Shown here: piece by piece, positions 8,387-19,119 of the stretch
Numbering within the stretch: position 1 is the stretch's first letter
Layout: every line of letters starts with the position of its first letter
Origin: Schmidtea polychroa
Taxonomy: Eukaryota
Reading direction: 5' to 3'
NCBI GenBank assembly: GCA_044892525.1
Contig: CM097886.1
Coordinates: forward strand, 122,326,001 to 122,368,447
DNA: 42,447 nt
Position numbers and translations under genes: made by a program
Notes under the pieces: model-generated
What the model was told of the DNA's origin: nothing
Database searches by the model: none
Seen by the model: only the letters and a program-made list of their open reading frames with translations

Positions 8387-9851
8387 TGTTGGGTCGCTTT
8401 GTGGTGTGTTATATTTAAATGTAGTAGGGGTATTTATGGATTTCGAATCGACTCCTTCCATAACGCCTTCATGACTATTGTCTTTAAACCATCTGTGTAC
8501 CCATGGAGACGACCATGTTGGTGCTGTACACAATGGCTAAAAATCCATGAACAGATGAGTTCTACTTATAAAACTACTTATTATATTTTCATTTTCGGGT
8601 TCTGGACTGCCGATTGGATGTCTTATGTCATTGTTAATTAGCTATTTATTTCTTAGATTATTGTTGTTGGTTCATGTAATTATGGTCCTCATTATGAGAT
8701 GTTTTCTAATGCTATCGTCCAAAATTTTACACGGGGATCCACCTTTATTTCCCAGTTAATAAATGTTGCAATATTCAAATTATTCTTCAAAAAATATTTC
8801 AGCAGGAATCTGCCTATATTTCTAATCCTGACCTATCTGATCTCATAACTACTCGAGGATTCTAGAATATTATCCCAAAAACTAAACCTATCTACTTGCA
8901 TTGGTCTTACTTCCTATATTTCTTACTCATTACAGTAAATAAAATGGTATCAGCGATCGACTCGGCGGAGAAGCCTCCGAACTGTACCGAATCATCTGAG
9001 TGTCTTGCACCTACGTCTATCTACCCATAAGATCAGAAGCCTGATCTTTGATTGATGGTGAGATCCATCTCCACCGTAACTATTATTCAAATCATAAAAA
9101 TTAAAAACGAACAATAAAAAGAAATTAACTAAAACTGAATTAAATACAAAGATTTATAAACTTAGAACATTACATTACCAAATCCAATTCAAGCTTACCG
9201 CAATGGCATAAACCGAAAAACTGAGAGCTACAGTTGAATTACATACAGTTGAATTACGTTATACACACGTATATGAGTGTGTGCAATTTTTTAATTTAAT
9301 TTAATTAATCAATTTATTTAATTTTTCTTAATTTTAATTATTTAATTTTATTATTTTATCCATAGAAATGTTTAGTTTCCATTCTTAAATTTATTTCTTT
9401 ATTTTATTTCATTCAATTTTTTAAATAAATTTTTCTGTTCCTTCTCTTAAAGTATGCACACATTGCCATAGCTCCTTCGTGTGTAAATACGAGCCATAAC
9501 ATCCCCAAATAGTTCGATTATGGTCCTTCGTATATAAATACGACCAATAATCCTATTAAAATTTCTTCATTTAATTAATTATTTTATTATTAATTATTAT
9601 TTTATTTATTATTATTTAATTTTCTAGTATGCAGATTTTCAGAATGCATTATTTTTCTCATAACTGTGTTGATTGCAACTTCTTGCGTTTCGTGATTTTA
9701 TTATACGTGTTTTATTTATCCTCCATGTGTTGTGTACTTTATTTTGTATTATTGGTGTATAATCATAAATTTTAATTCAATTTTGTGCGGTTTTTATGCT
9801 GTATTTTTGGCTCATTAAAAGAAACTCTCAATCTTTGGTTCTAGTTCAACA
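8387..9851 (-). mobile_element. Family-1 solo-LTR-like element (copy 2, 1465 bp, no ORF)
   Basis: Left end TGTTGGGTCGC. The block 8387-8630 aligns by eye with 11730-11965. Right end TTCTAGTTCAACA resembles TTCTAGCCCAACA at 26039, preceded by a T-rich arm. Flanks TTAC/ATAC (3 of 4 match). Confidence 0.65.
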
Positions 9852-12361
9852 ATACAAAACTAAATTTTTATTTACATTAACTTAGAAAACAAAATTAAAC
9901 TATAACAATTATTTAAATGGGCTTATCGTTGAGTCTCAAAAAATATGTTAAAAGTGTTAGTAGTATAACGCATTTTGGTATCTGTCAGGGTGGCTTTATA
10001 TATCCAAATCAGATTTTCTCTCGAATGGTCAGGTAGGAGCATAATTCCTTCTCTCTCATTGGTTAATACTATAGTTTAATTTTACTATTTTACCTGGTTT
10101 CAACCTGCTCAGGCCAACGAACACAAGAAAATATTCTGCTTAGAAAAGTGACGGGATGAACTGATCACAGAGAAACTTTTATCGGAGAGTAATTGTTTAT
10201 TTTTATTAATCTTAACGTTTATTTATTTTTCAAAAAGTGATCTTAAATGATTGAAGACAACTAGAAAAATTTTCTCTTTCTCTAAGTTGCTTAACTTGTA
10301 TTTTGGAAAAACAACTTTGCGAAAAATGTAAATTGTCATTTTAAACACAAGATAAACAAAAGAAACAATAAATTTGATTAAAAAGTGAAAAAAAAACATT
10401 ATTTCCATAAGAAGGTAAAGAAGTAACCTCAAATTTGTGTTATTTATCAAGTGAAAATTTGCATGTTTTAAGTTAGTTTTATTCGAATAATTGTTAATAA
10501 TAATATAATCAAGTTTATTTTTTATTAGGATGGATACATTTTTGTTAAATAAATCAGTTAAAGCACCAAATTCAGTGACCAAAAAAATCGAAATGAAAAG
10601 AAAATATGCTGAAGACTTCATCGAATTTGGATTCATTGCGATAGAGAAAAAGGGACAGGAGTTTCCCTTTTGTCTGGTGTATAATGAGACATTGTCAAAT
10701 GCGTCAATGATTCCCAACAAATTGATTAGACACAAGGATACTAAGCATCCAGAGCTCTTTTAAGAATCAAAACAATAATTTGATATTCGGCGAGCACAAA
10801 GCGAAAAACAAGCGTTTAAGATGAAAATTTTCTACAAGATTCCTGAAAAGGCTCAGATTGCAAGCTTCCAAGTAACATATCTACTCGTGAAAAAAAGAAA
10901 ACCACACACAGAAGCTGAAAGTATTATTGCTGCTGCAGTTTCGATTATTTTTAGCACAATCCTGGGATGTGAAGCTGCTGAGAAAGTGAAGAATGTACCA
11001 TTGTCAGCAAACACAATTTCAAGAAGGATTCAAGATCTATCAAAGGACATTGAATCTCAAATCATCGAGAATTTTCAGAGCTCGGAGGAGGAATTTTCCA
11101 AATTGTGGTCGCTGCAAGCTGACGAAACCACCGACATCAGCGGAAAAGCACAGCTCATTACATTCATCATATTCGTTCACGGTACAGAAGTAATGAACCA
11201 ATATTTGTTTTGCCAGGAGTTGATTGAAACGACCACAGGAAGAGATATTTTCAACTTTATCGATTACAATGTGAAGAACTATCAACTTCAACAGCAGAAA
11301 TGCGTCGGAGCTTGTACAGATGACGCTCCTCGTCTTGTTAGCCGTTCAGTCACCATTCAGAAGCTTTAGTTTCAAAATCAATTCCTTCGCAGCTCCTTAT
11401 TGTCATTAATCAAGTCGTCTCGATTGTCAACATTATCAAGTCAAAGCCTCTGAACTCCAGAATTTTCGGCCTTTTTTGCGATGCGATGGATTCGATTTCA
11501 AAACTCTACTCTACAACACAGAAGCTCGATGGCTGTCCAAAGGAAAAGTTCTTGAGCGTGTTGTTTACCTCAAAACTGAAATAATTTCATTTCTTGAAGG
11601 TGAGGATATCACATTCGATTTTGATTTTCGAGACAGTGACTGGTTGTTGAAGGTATCATTTCTTATTGATCTTTTCAACAGACTCAATGTTCTTAATAAG
11701 AGTCTTCAGGGATTAGCTGAAAATATTATTGTTGGGCGCTTAAGGTTGTGTCCAACTTTTGGATGTCAGGGGTAGTTGTAGGTGCACAGGTAGACTCCTT
11801 CCTAAACGCCAATGATGATTGTTGTCTTTACAACACCTGTGTACCCATGGCAAGGGCCATCTTGGTGCTGTGCACAATGGCTGGGAATTCATGAGCAGGT
11901 CCTTTGATAAAACTACTCATAATATTCTAAATTCGGGTTCAGGAATGCCGATAGAAGGGCTTACATCTGTATCGACTACATATAACAAGCTACACTCGAA
12001 ACCTCTGGTCCAGTGATCTCTTTCGATCTCTTTCGATCTCTTTCTCATTGAAACTCACATCACCGTGTCACCATGATTTTACCTCTCGGAAGACAGGTCA
12101 CCGAACAATATCATTTTATTTTTAAGGAATAGAAATTGGTAAATTACATAGGACATTGAGATTACATCAAGACATCATAAACATAAAGAGGGAATTTATC
12201 ACTCATAAGTTCAAAGTAAATTACGATCAAATGTGTCGAAGCGTGTCAGAACACTGAATGAGTCTATGTGGTTGGGGATTTTCATTGCTTGACATCGAAC
12301 TGAGGTATTGAGATATTACCGAGTTCCCTCACACGCCTATTTCGAGTTGGTTGGCTAAAAC

Positions 12362-13024
12362 TCACTGCCCTGGGCTTCCAGCATTAGTGTCGACATCAAT
12401 CTCCAGTTGCAGATCTATCACCCACGGGGTGTTTGTTGCCGGTATGATCCTGTAAGGAGGTGGATCTGTTGCTGCCCGAGCTGGATATGGTCTGGGCTTG
12501 GTGGATAGCGGGGCTGCAAATAGTGCGGCTTCGACAGTAGCTAGTTCGTCCCTTTTCCGCTTGGATCGTTCCGCGCGTGTGAGACGCTTTCGTTTCGGTC
12601 GGACAACCGGGATAGAAGTCGATGACAAGGCTGTAGGAGCTGGTGGGGGAGTGACAGGTACTAGTGCCTTAGCTGGCATCGTACTCGTCTCCACATATAC
12701 GACATTCGGCTGCGTGGTTAAGGCAGGAAGACTTGGTCAGGCCAATAATGAATCGGGAAAATGTTGTTCCTGTCGGTAATCGGATATTCGGAGACACGCT
12801 TTTGTAATTCATGTTCGGAGTAAATTTATGTAGCGTTTCCGACTGGGCTTTGATGGTGAGTCGTGGCTTTGATTTTCTTCTAGCAAACTATCTCGGCAAT
12901 GTTCCAAGCGTAAGATTTTTCTATTGGCTTCCTTCATCTGTGGCGGGGCGAACCACGTCCCTTCCATCAGATCAATGCGTTTCTTTAGGTTTCCGTTTTC
13001 GGTGCGTAGCTGTCTCGTCTCCAT
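12362..13024 (-). pseudogene. Frameshifted 'TWFSP' family ORF
   Basis: KKRIDLMEGTWFAPPQMKE...LEHCRDSLLEE. Alternative frames give RLTIKAQSETLHK and YSEHELQKRVSEYPITDRNNIFPIHY, matching the 4052 ORF (RSLIKEQSEALHKLY...PINEASNLFPAH). Then RPKRKRLTRAERSKRKR. Confidence 0.8.
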
Positions 13025-13078
13025 GGTCTTAGGCCAGTTTTAGGGAGGTTTGACTCGGACATATCTATAAAAGGAAAG

Positions 13079-13091
13079 ATTTATAGCTGAA
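13079..13091 (-). promoter_or_regulatory. TATA motif TTCAGCTATAAAT upstream of the TWFSP ORF
   Basis: 13-mer identical to 20580-20592, 55 nt upstream of the ATG at 13024. Confidence 0.6.
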
Positions 13092-15105
13092 TTCGTCACA
13101 TAACAGATACTAGGTCGTCGACCAAAGTATACCAGATGGTCTATTAGGATTTATTTATACATCGGAGTCGTTACGATAAAGATTGAGGGTCGCCGAAGAC
13201 ATCTATCGTCGGTCAAGTATGACAGTTAGATTTTTAGAGAAAAATATATACTCTGTTCATGAAGTCATTTCAAAAAATATATACTTGCCCCATCCCCCTT
13301 GATCGTTTAACCTTGTGCATTTGATAGTCATTATCTAGTTTCAATTTCTGACCTCTCAATGCCCTATTCTCGTAGCTAAATCACTCTATTTAAACGAAGG
13401 TTCCTTATGGGTTAAATGGATAATTTGATCGATGGATGACTGAAATATTTTATCCCACATTTTTACAAGTTTTAATCAATTTTACCACATCGATGTCAAC
13501 GCACTGGCTACTTCAAATTATTCTAGTGGTTTATTATACCCCGCAAGCAAAACATTCGCATTTCCCATCATAAATAATTCATTCTATATGAAATTAATAT
13601 CACGCTAGTGGGGTTTGAAATGTTTATATTTGTTATACAATCAATGCCTATTCATGCTTCCTCATTTCTGTTCCACGACAATCTACGCGTAATGATGTTC
13701 CGTAGTATCAATACTGATGGATTTCAGTCAGAAATGTTTACATTATGATATGTGAATTGCGTTTCCGGTCTCGCTAATGCCATGCTAAAATTTACTGTTG
13801 TTTACATTTTCCTATTGAATCGAAGTGCAAAGATTACGATAGACGAGGGCGATATTTCCGGCCTTGCATACGATTTACTGATTATAATGAACCACGACAC
13901 CCTGTGCCGTTTAGTTTTACTTTTGAAGGTTTTTAGTTTACTTTGATTTCTAATTGTTTTCTAAACTCATTCTATTTTATCTGTCTTCGTTTTCAATTTA
14001 ATTACTACTTTTACTCTACTTTATTTTAATTATTTTAAATTAATTGCTATCCTTAATCTATTTTATTTATAATTGTTTTAAATTATTATTATTTATTAAT
14101 ATTTTTTATTACCTTGTTGTTTTTAATTTACTTTTCTTAGTTGGTGTCCTCATCTTAAAAAAGAACCAAGGTGCTATGTTTAACTAAGAGAAAAAAAACT
14201 GATTATTGGAACTTTTACTGTTCCTGGCCCAACATTATGGCGGTAACATTAAAGCTTCTTTCATTTAAAGAAAAACTTCACTTGTTCTTCAGAAAAATCA
14301 AGGAAAAAAGCTTTGATCTTCTCCATCGTTGATAAATTCGCCAATAAGGATGAAATTTCTGAGTTTGCTCTCCAAACCATGGAAATGCTTTTAAAAGCAC
14401 TCGGCAATTATTTCCCCTCCTTAAACGTCAACCTTTATCAGTGGATTTTGAATCCATTTGGAACAAACGAATGTCTTGAATTTTCTACGAAAGAAGAAAA
14501 ACAACTTATTGGTTTAAAAAACGACATGGTCAATAAAATTAATTTTGAACAAAAAGGACTGGAAGAATTTTGGATTTCTCTAGGCAAGGATTATCCCGAG
14601 TTGAGCATCAAAGCGTTAAAATTATTAATTCCGTTTTCTACTTATATGAACTTGGATTTTCGGCACTGGTTGAAATCAAATCAAAGAAACGTGAAAGATT
14701 GCGGACAGTTGATGAAGAAATCCGAGTTAGTTTGTCGTCGCTCTTGCCCGGAACATCAAGCACATCCATCACATTGACGTTTGAGAAGGAACAAATAAAT
14801 AATAATGTGTTAATTTTTGTTTCTCAAACCCGCAAGTTAAACAGCATTAAACTTTCATAAAATTTGATGCAAAATCTTATATCGAAAATATTTGTCAGGG
14901 GTGTCGCGAATTTTTTTTAAGTGAATTGGCTGTTGCTATTGAAAGAAGTTTGGAGAACACTGAGCTTTTTTATTTTATTTAAATCTATTAAATTATTCCA
15001 AATTTATCACCAGAATTAAATTATTATTATTATCAGTCATCAAAATCAAATATTTCATTATAACTGGTCACAAACTCACTCTACATTTCACTGTCAGTTG
15101 GTTAT

Positions 15106-16378
15106 TTATGATTGCTCGTGAATCAATTGGTACAGTGAGTACTTGGTATCCAGCATTTCTGTCATATACTGGCTTCGCCCATGCCGAATGATTAGCGCTG
15201 TCAGCATATTTCTCACTGTTTTACTCCGTAAAATATTTCCGTTTTTAGTATCGACCGCATCAATTGTCACTGCATAACCAAATGGCCATCCCATTTTATC
15301 ATTAAATTCTCCATATAACAAATGAAAAAACATAAATTTCACTTGACTTATTAATTATGCTCAAGCACATTTTGTAACCGGGTCGCCCTGAGTAAAATGG
15401 CTCGCTATAGATCTGATAATCATATTTATGTGATAAATTTATTATTTTACATTCAAAAAATCCAAAATTTTCAATTTCCAAATTTCCTTTAATTTCCGAA
15501 ATTTTGCTCAATTCATCCTGAACATAAATTCCACCTTCAAATATTTCAATTATAAAATCAATTTCACTTTTATATTCTCTTTCTGCTCATAATTTTGTTA
15601 TAATTCATCAATTTGCAGCCTCATCTACTCGGCATTTGGAAAATGATATCGAATCAATATTAAAATAAAAATCAAACTTCATTTATTTATTCCACATTTG
15701 CTTTATTCTCAGCTCTCAATGATCAATTATCATTCTTCTCTGCCATCATTTCTTCATTCAATACCTCTATTTCTTTACTGTTGTCCATTTCGCACATTTT
15801 CTGCTACCATCGCAAATTTCAAAATATTTCAATAAATCAATTTACTTGTTGTATAGCTAATTGTAACTTCATTGATTCCATTTCCTTTCGTAAATTATTG
15901 ATGAGATCAACCATCAGGTTGTTATGGTAGCAATGGTCTTCATTAAGATGATCTTTCATTTCGTCAATCATCATTTTATTCATTCCACACCCAATTCCAA
16001 AAAATGGACAGCTAATAGCCTTTTTGGTACATTTTCTCATGTGATATTCTATCATGCCCAATTTATCTTTGAATTGGCAATTATACAATGGACATTTTAC
16101 TACTGTTTCCGAAATTCTAAAATTAGCTGGATTATCTTCACAAATGTCTTCTTTCAAATTTAAAGTTTGCACGTGACAAAATTTTGCTGCTCCTGGACAG
16201 AATTTATCGATCCCATCAAATAATCTTTGATGTAATCGGAACAAAAGCGACAACCACAAGGTGCGTTACAGGCGTTTTTTATTAAACATTTGCAAATTCT
16301 GCATATTAAATCATTACTGATTTCATTGTCAACTTCAAATTTATTCTCATTCATAATTTTCCAAATACTTGTAAACAT
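15106..16378 (-). pseudogene. TRAF-like gene with frameshifts and stops (RING, TRAF Zn finger, coiled coil, MATH)
   Basis: CRICKCLIKNACNAPCGCRFC RING; KCPLYNC...HMRKC...SCPFFGIGC...HLNEDH Zn finger; MATH fragments SEPFYSGRPGYKMCL and LLYGEFNDKMGWPF lie in different frames. Could be a pseudogene or assembly error. Confidence 0.85.
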
Positions 16379-16769
16379 TTTCTAGATTAATTAAAATAAT
16401 TATTGATTGATAAAAATAGAAATATTTAAAGTACTCTTAAAAAAATCGGAGAATTAGTTATTATATGTTATAAAAATAATAATTAATTTAATTTATTATT
16501 TTCAAGTATAATCAATTTATATTTAGAAATAGATAAACAAATCAATATCTGAAAAATGAAAAAAACACTCTATGTTAAATAAGAAAAATATTGATTCATA
16601 TTCGAAATGAAGTAAAATAATTCAAGAATTGGAAAAGCGATATTTCTGTTATTGATATGGAACGGATTAAAGTTCTAAATTGTCCTAATTTACCAGTTTA
16701 TTATAAAAGTCATATTTAAAGCTATTTATAAATAATTGGTTCAGCAATTATGCCACTGGAAGGAATATG

Positions 16770-17891
16770 TTAATCACTGGACACTGAGCACTTAATAATA
16801 ATAATATCATCTTTACAGAGAGTTGCATTTCCGATCAGATCAGTGAGAATGATGAACTTCGACGTTCCGAATCCTCTATTTTCATTTGTTGTTGGTTGAT
16901 TGTAGATAAACTTCATATTTTCTATGGTCGAAGCAAACCGATACTTCATGAAACAATGGCTACTTCCAGTATCTTGATTGATCAACGCGATTGTAATTTC
17001 CTTTTTCATTGGCCATCTCAGGCAATTGTCATGAGGTCCCTTCATCAGACAGAATACAACAGAGAGATGGGTATTTTTCCCATCCCCAAAACCACTGGGA
17101 AATACTGTTAACCGCATTTTGTATCCAACGGGGTCTGTGAAAAACGGTTCGCTTTTGATTTCGGTTTTTATCCAATATTGAGCAGATGTTTTCTTTTCGG
17201 AAAATTTATCAATTTTCCATATGAATTTTGTTTCTGAATCCGGATTTTTAAGTTGAAGTTCTTTAGAAAAGTCATTTTTACTAATGTGACTAGCGTCCTG
17301 ATAATGGTGATGACTGATAATAAACTCTTTCTCCCTTTCCTGCAAAACATTCATCGCATTCAATAATCTTGCGTTTTCATTTTTCAAGTTTTCGATGTCC
17401 TTTTTCATCAGTCGCATTTCGTTATTTATATTTTCCTTCCATCCGTAGGACGGGATATGCTTCAAGCTCACAAATCCACTGTCGGATCTTGATTTTAAAG
17501 AGTCTAAAATACTATTTGTCGAGGAATCGATATTGAAACAATATTGTAAATGCATACTCATACTCTTTAATTTCCCGCGATACTCACAAGTTGAGTTTGG
17601 GCACTTTACTTCAAGCTTTAATATGATATCATTTATGTAAAAGTCCATCTCGATATTTCTATTCAAATTAATCCTTTCTCGAGTACATTCATCTTGTTCG
17701 CCAATGCAATATTGACCGTCGAATTCTTTGATACAATCATAGCAATATCTGCATCCACATGGAGGGAAACTCGCTTTAATCAACACATTTCTACATTTGA
17801 TACATGCGAGATAGTGAAATACCTTTAAATCTATTTCAAAATCATTCTCTTTCATCAGATGCCAGACATTTTCGTATTTTGAATATGCCAT
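16770..17891 (-). CDS. TNF receptor-associated factor (TRAF)-like protein, single exon, 373 aa
   Basis: RING-like CIKC...PPCGCRYCYDC, Zn finger KCPNSTC...HLQYC, coiled coil, and a complete MATH domain (FIWKIDKFS...SEPFFTDPVGYKMRL...HLSVVFCLMKGPHDNCLRWP...CKDDIIIIKC). Orthology to a numbered TRAF cannot be assigned by eye. Confidence 0.92.
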   Translation of the reverse strand: MAYSKYENVWHLMKENDFEIDLKVFHYLACIKCRNVLIKASFPPCGCRYCYDCIKEFDGQYCIGEQDECTRERINLNRNIEMDFYINDIILKLEVKCPNSTCEYRGKLKSMSMHLQYCFNIDSSTNSILDSLKSRSDSGFVSLKHIPSYGWKENINNEMRLMKKDIENLKNENARLLNAMNVLQEREKEFIISHHHYQDASHISKNDFSKELQLKNPDSETKFIWKIDKFSEKKTSAQYWIKTEIKSEPFFTDPVGYKMRLTVFPSGFGDGKNTHLSVVFCLMKGPHDNCLRWPMKKEITIALINQDTGSSHCFMKYRFASTIENMKFIYNQPTTNENRGFGTSKFIILTDLIGNATLCKDDIIIIKCSVSSD

Positions 17892-18598
17892 TTTAAATAC
17901 GAATCTACGAGATTATGAAATTCTACATGAATTATACAAATAGTTGAATACGTTGAACATTACAATATGAAAATTCAGATTCAAGCCTAAAATATAATAT
18001 TATCAGCTTTATGATGGTTAGTCATTTTACATCTTCAAAATGACTAAATAACCTTTGGACTAAAGTCAGCTTCAAATTTATAAACATTTACATATAGAGA
18101 TTAAAAAAATTTAGAAAAATTTGAATAAAAAAGAACGATATCTAGAAAAAACAGCTTTTATGCTGCATTAAAACTTGGACTTCCAATTCCGGTGAAAAAT
18201 TCTGATCCCAATATGTCTATATTGACTTTTTTCCGTAGAAAAAATCATTATAAAGTTAAAACCTCAAGTTAAAATTAATTAACACTGTTGGGGTTCGTAT
18301 AAAATAAGCTCAAAATAATTTGAAATTTGCAAAACATTAAATGTACAAATCAATGAAATGTTAAAACCCATTAAAATCTAAAATTAACAAATTTGTAAAA
18401 AATCAAAATGATATATCTAATTAAAAATAAATGAATAATTTATTAGTTATGTAGGAAACTTGAGCATTTAGAAAACCCAAGCAGTAAACAAGATGATAAT
18501 GAAATTAGACATCCTTTCAAAATCAATAAAATTGATTTGTTTTGAATTAGCGAAAGGAGACCGGTGAATGAAAGCGAGAGAGCGCCTGTTCAATTATT

Positions 18599-18862
18599 TT
18601 GTTTTGTAACGAAAATTTGTTGCCAAAGGTGTTCTATCAAGGTGATGACTTAGAAAAATTCATTAAAAGATGCGAGATTTATTTCTATGCTAAAGGCATC
18701 AATAAACAAGAACAGGAAAGATTGACTGCATGTATAATCGACGAGGATCTACTGGAGAAATATGCAAAGACAGTTAGAAAAGCAGAAGGATTTCAAGCCA
18801 GGTCACGAATGGCATTTGATTATTATAGAAGATTCATCAGTGAGTATACAAAGAAAGTGTAG
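18599..18862 (+). pseudogene. Ty3/Gypsy gag N-terminal fragment
   Basis: PKVFYQGDDLEKFIKRCEIYF resembles Gypsy gag N-termini. Lies on the same strand just upstream of integrase. Confidence 0.55.
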
Positions 18863-18976
18863 TAGAATGTTACATTTTTATCATAATTATGAGTCAAAAC
18901 AGAATCTCAATTAGGTTTTGTTTTTACTCCCGTTTTGGCGCCCTCAAAGTCATGAAATAAAGAGTCTTAAAAACTA

Positions 18977-19012
18977 TATAGCGATAATTTACTATAGTAA
19001 ATTATCGCTATA
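18977..19012. repeat. Perfect 36-bp palindrome (copy B)
   Basis: TATAGCGATAATTTACTA|TAGTAAATTATCGCTATA. Confidence 0.95.
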
Positions 19013-19119
19013 GTAAAAATGACAAATCGAAATAAAATAGAAAATAAATATTTGAAAATAGAAAGAAAACGTAAATTTGAAAAGAAGAAAATAAGAATCA
19101 ACAGCAGATAAATCCTAGC

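Larger units (their letters stand above)
1458..9907. mobile_element. Probable short solo LTR (TGTTAT...ATAACA, ~250 bp after removing inserts) that hosts two family-1 elements
   Basis: Begins TGTTATC at 1458 and ends TATAACA at 9907. Flanks ACTA/ATTA (3 of 4 match). The residual pieces are 1458-1556, 8284-8386 and 9856-9907. The start resembles the LTR-like segment at 4953 (tgttatctt...gagaataag). Confidence 0.4.
11730..14234 (-). mobile_element. Family-1 solo-LTR-like element (copy 3, 2505 bp, cleanest copy)
   Basis: TGTTGGGC...GCCCAACA 8-bp inverted ends. Perfect 4-bp TSD TTAT (11726-11729 / 14235-14238). Removing it restores the hAT frame ENI-MAVTLKLLSFKEKL. No internal direct repeat and no gag/pol. 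Confidence 0.9.
10530..14962 (+). mobile_element. Decayed hAT (Buster/Charlie, ZBED5/ZBED8-like) transposon split by a family-1 element
   Basis: BED-finger region (KRKYAEDFIEFGF...CLVYNETLSNASMIPNKLIRH), LQADETTDIS, CTDDA, LYNTEARWLSKGKVLER and the C-terminal FWI...YPELSIKALKLLIPFST region. Multiple stops and frameshifts. The coding sequence rejoins across 11729/14239. Right TIR agtttggagaacactg at 14947-14962; left TIR not found. Confidence 0.9.

Noticed and set aside
8460-8760. Minus-strand frame DDSIRKHL...PLCTAPTWSSPW looked like a Penelope GIY-YIG endonuclease tail
   Set aside because: The homologous blocks at 11730 and 19693 differ by non-triplet indels and stops, and the block abuts an LTR-type terminus. 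It is better explained as conserved non-coding sequence.
8945-8953. TGGTATCAG resembling a tRNA-iMet primer-binding site
   Set aside because: Not adjacent to an LTR-terminal CA, diverges after 9 nt, and lies inside copy 2.
11730-14234. Interpretation of family 1 as a classical TIR DNA transposon (Ginger-like)
   Set aside because: Only 7-8 bp of terminal inversion with consistently asymmetric ends and no transposase. Not strictly excluded, but a solo-LTR-like origin fits better.
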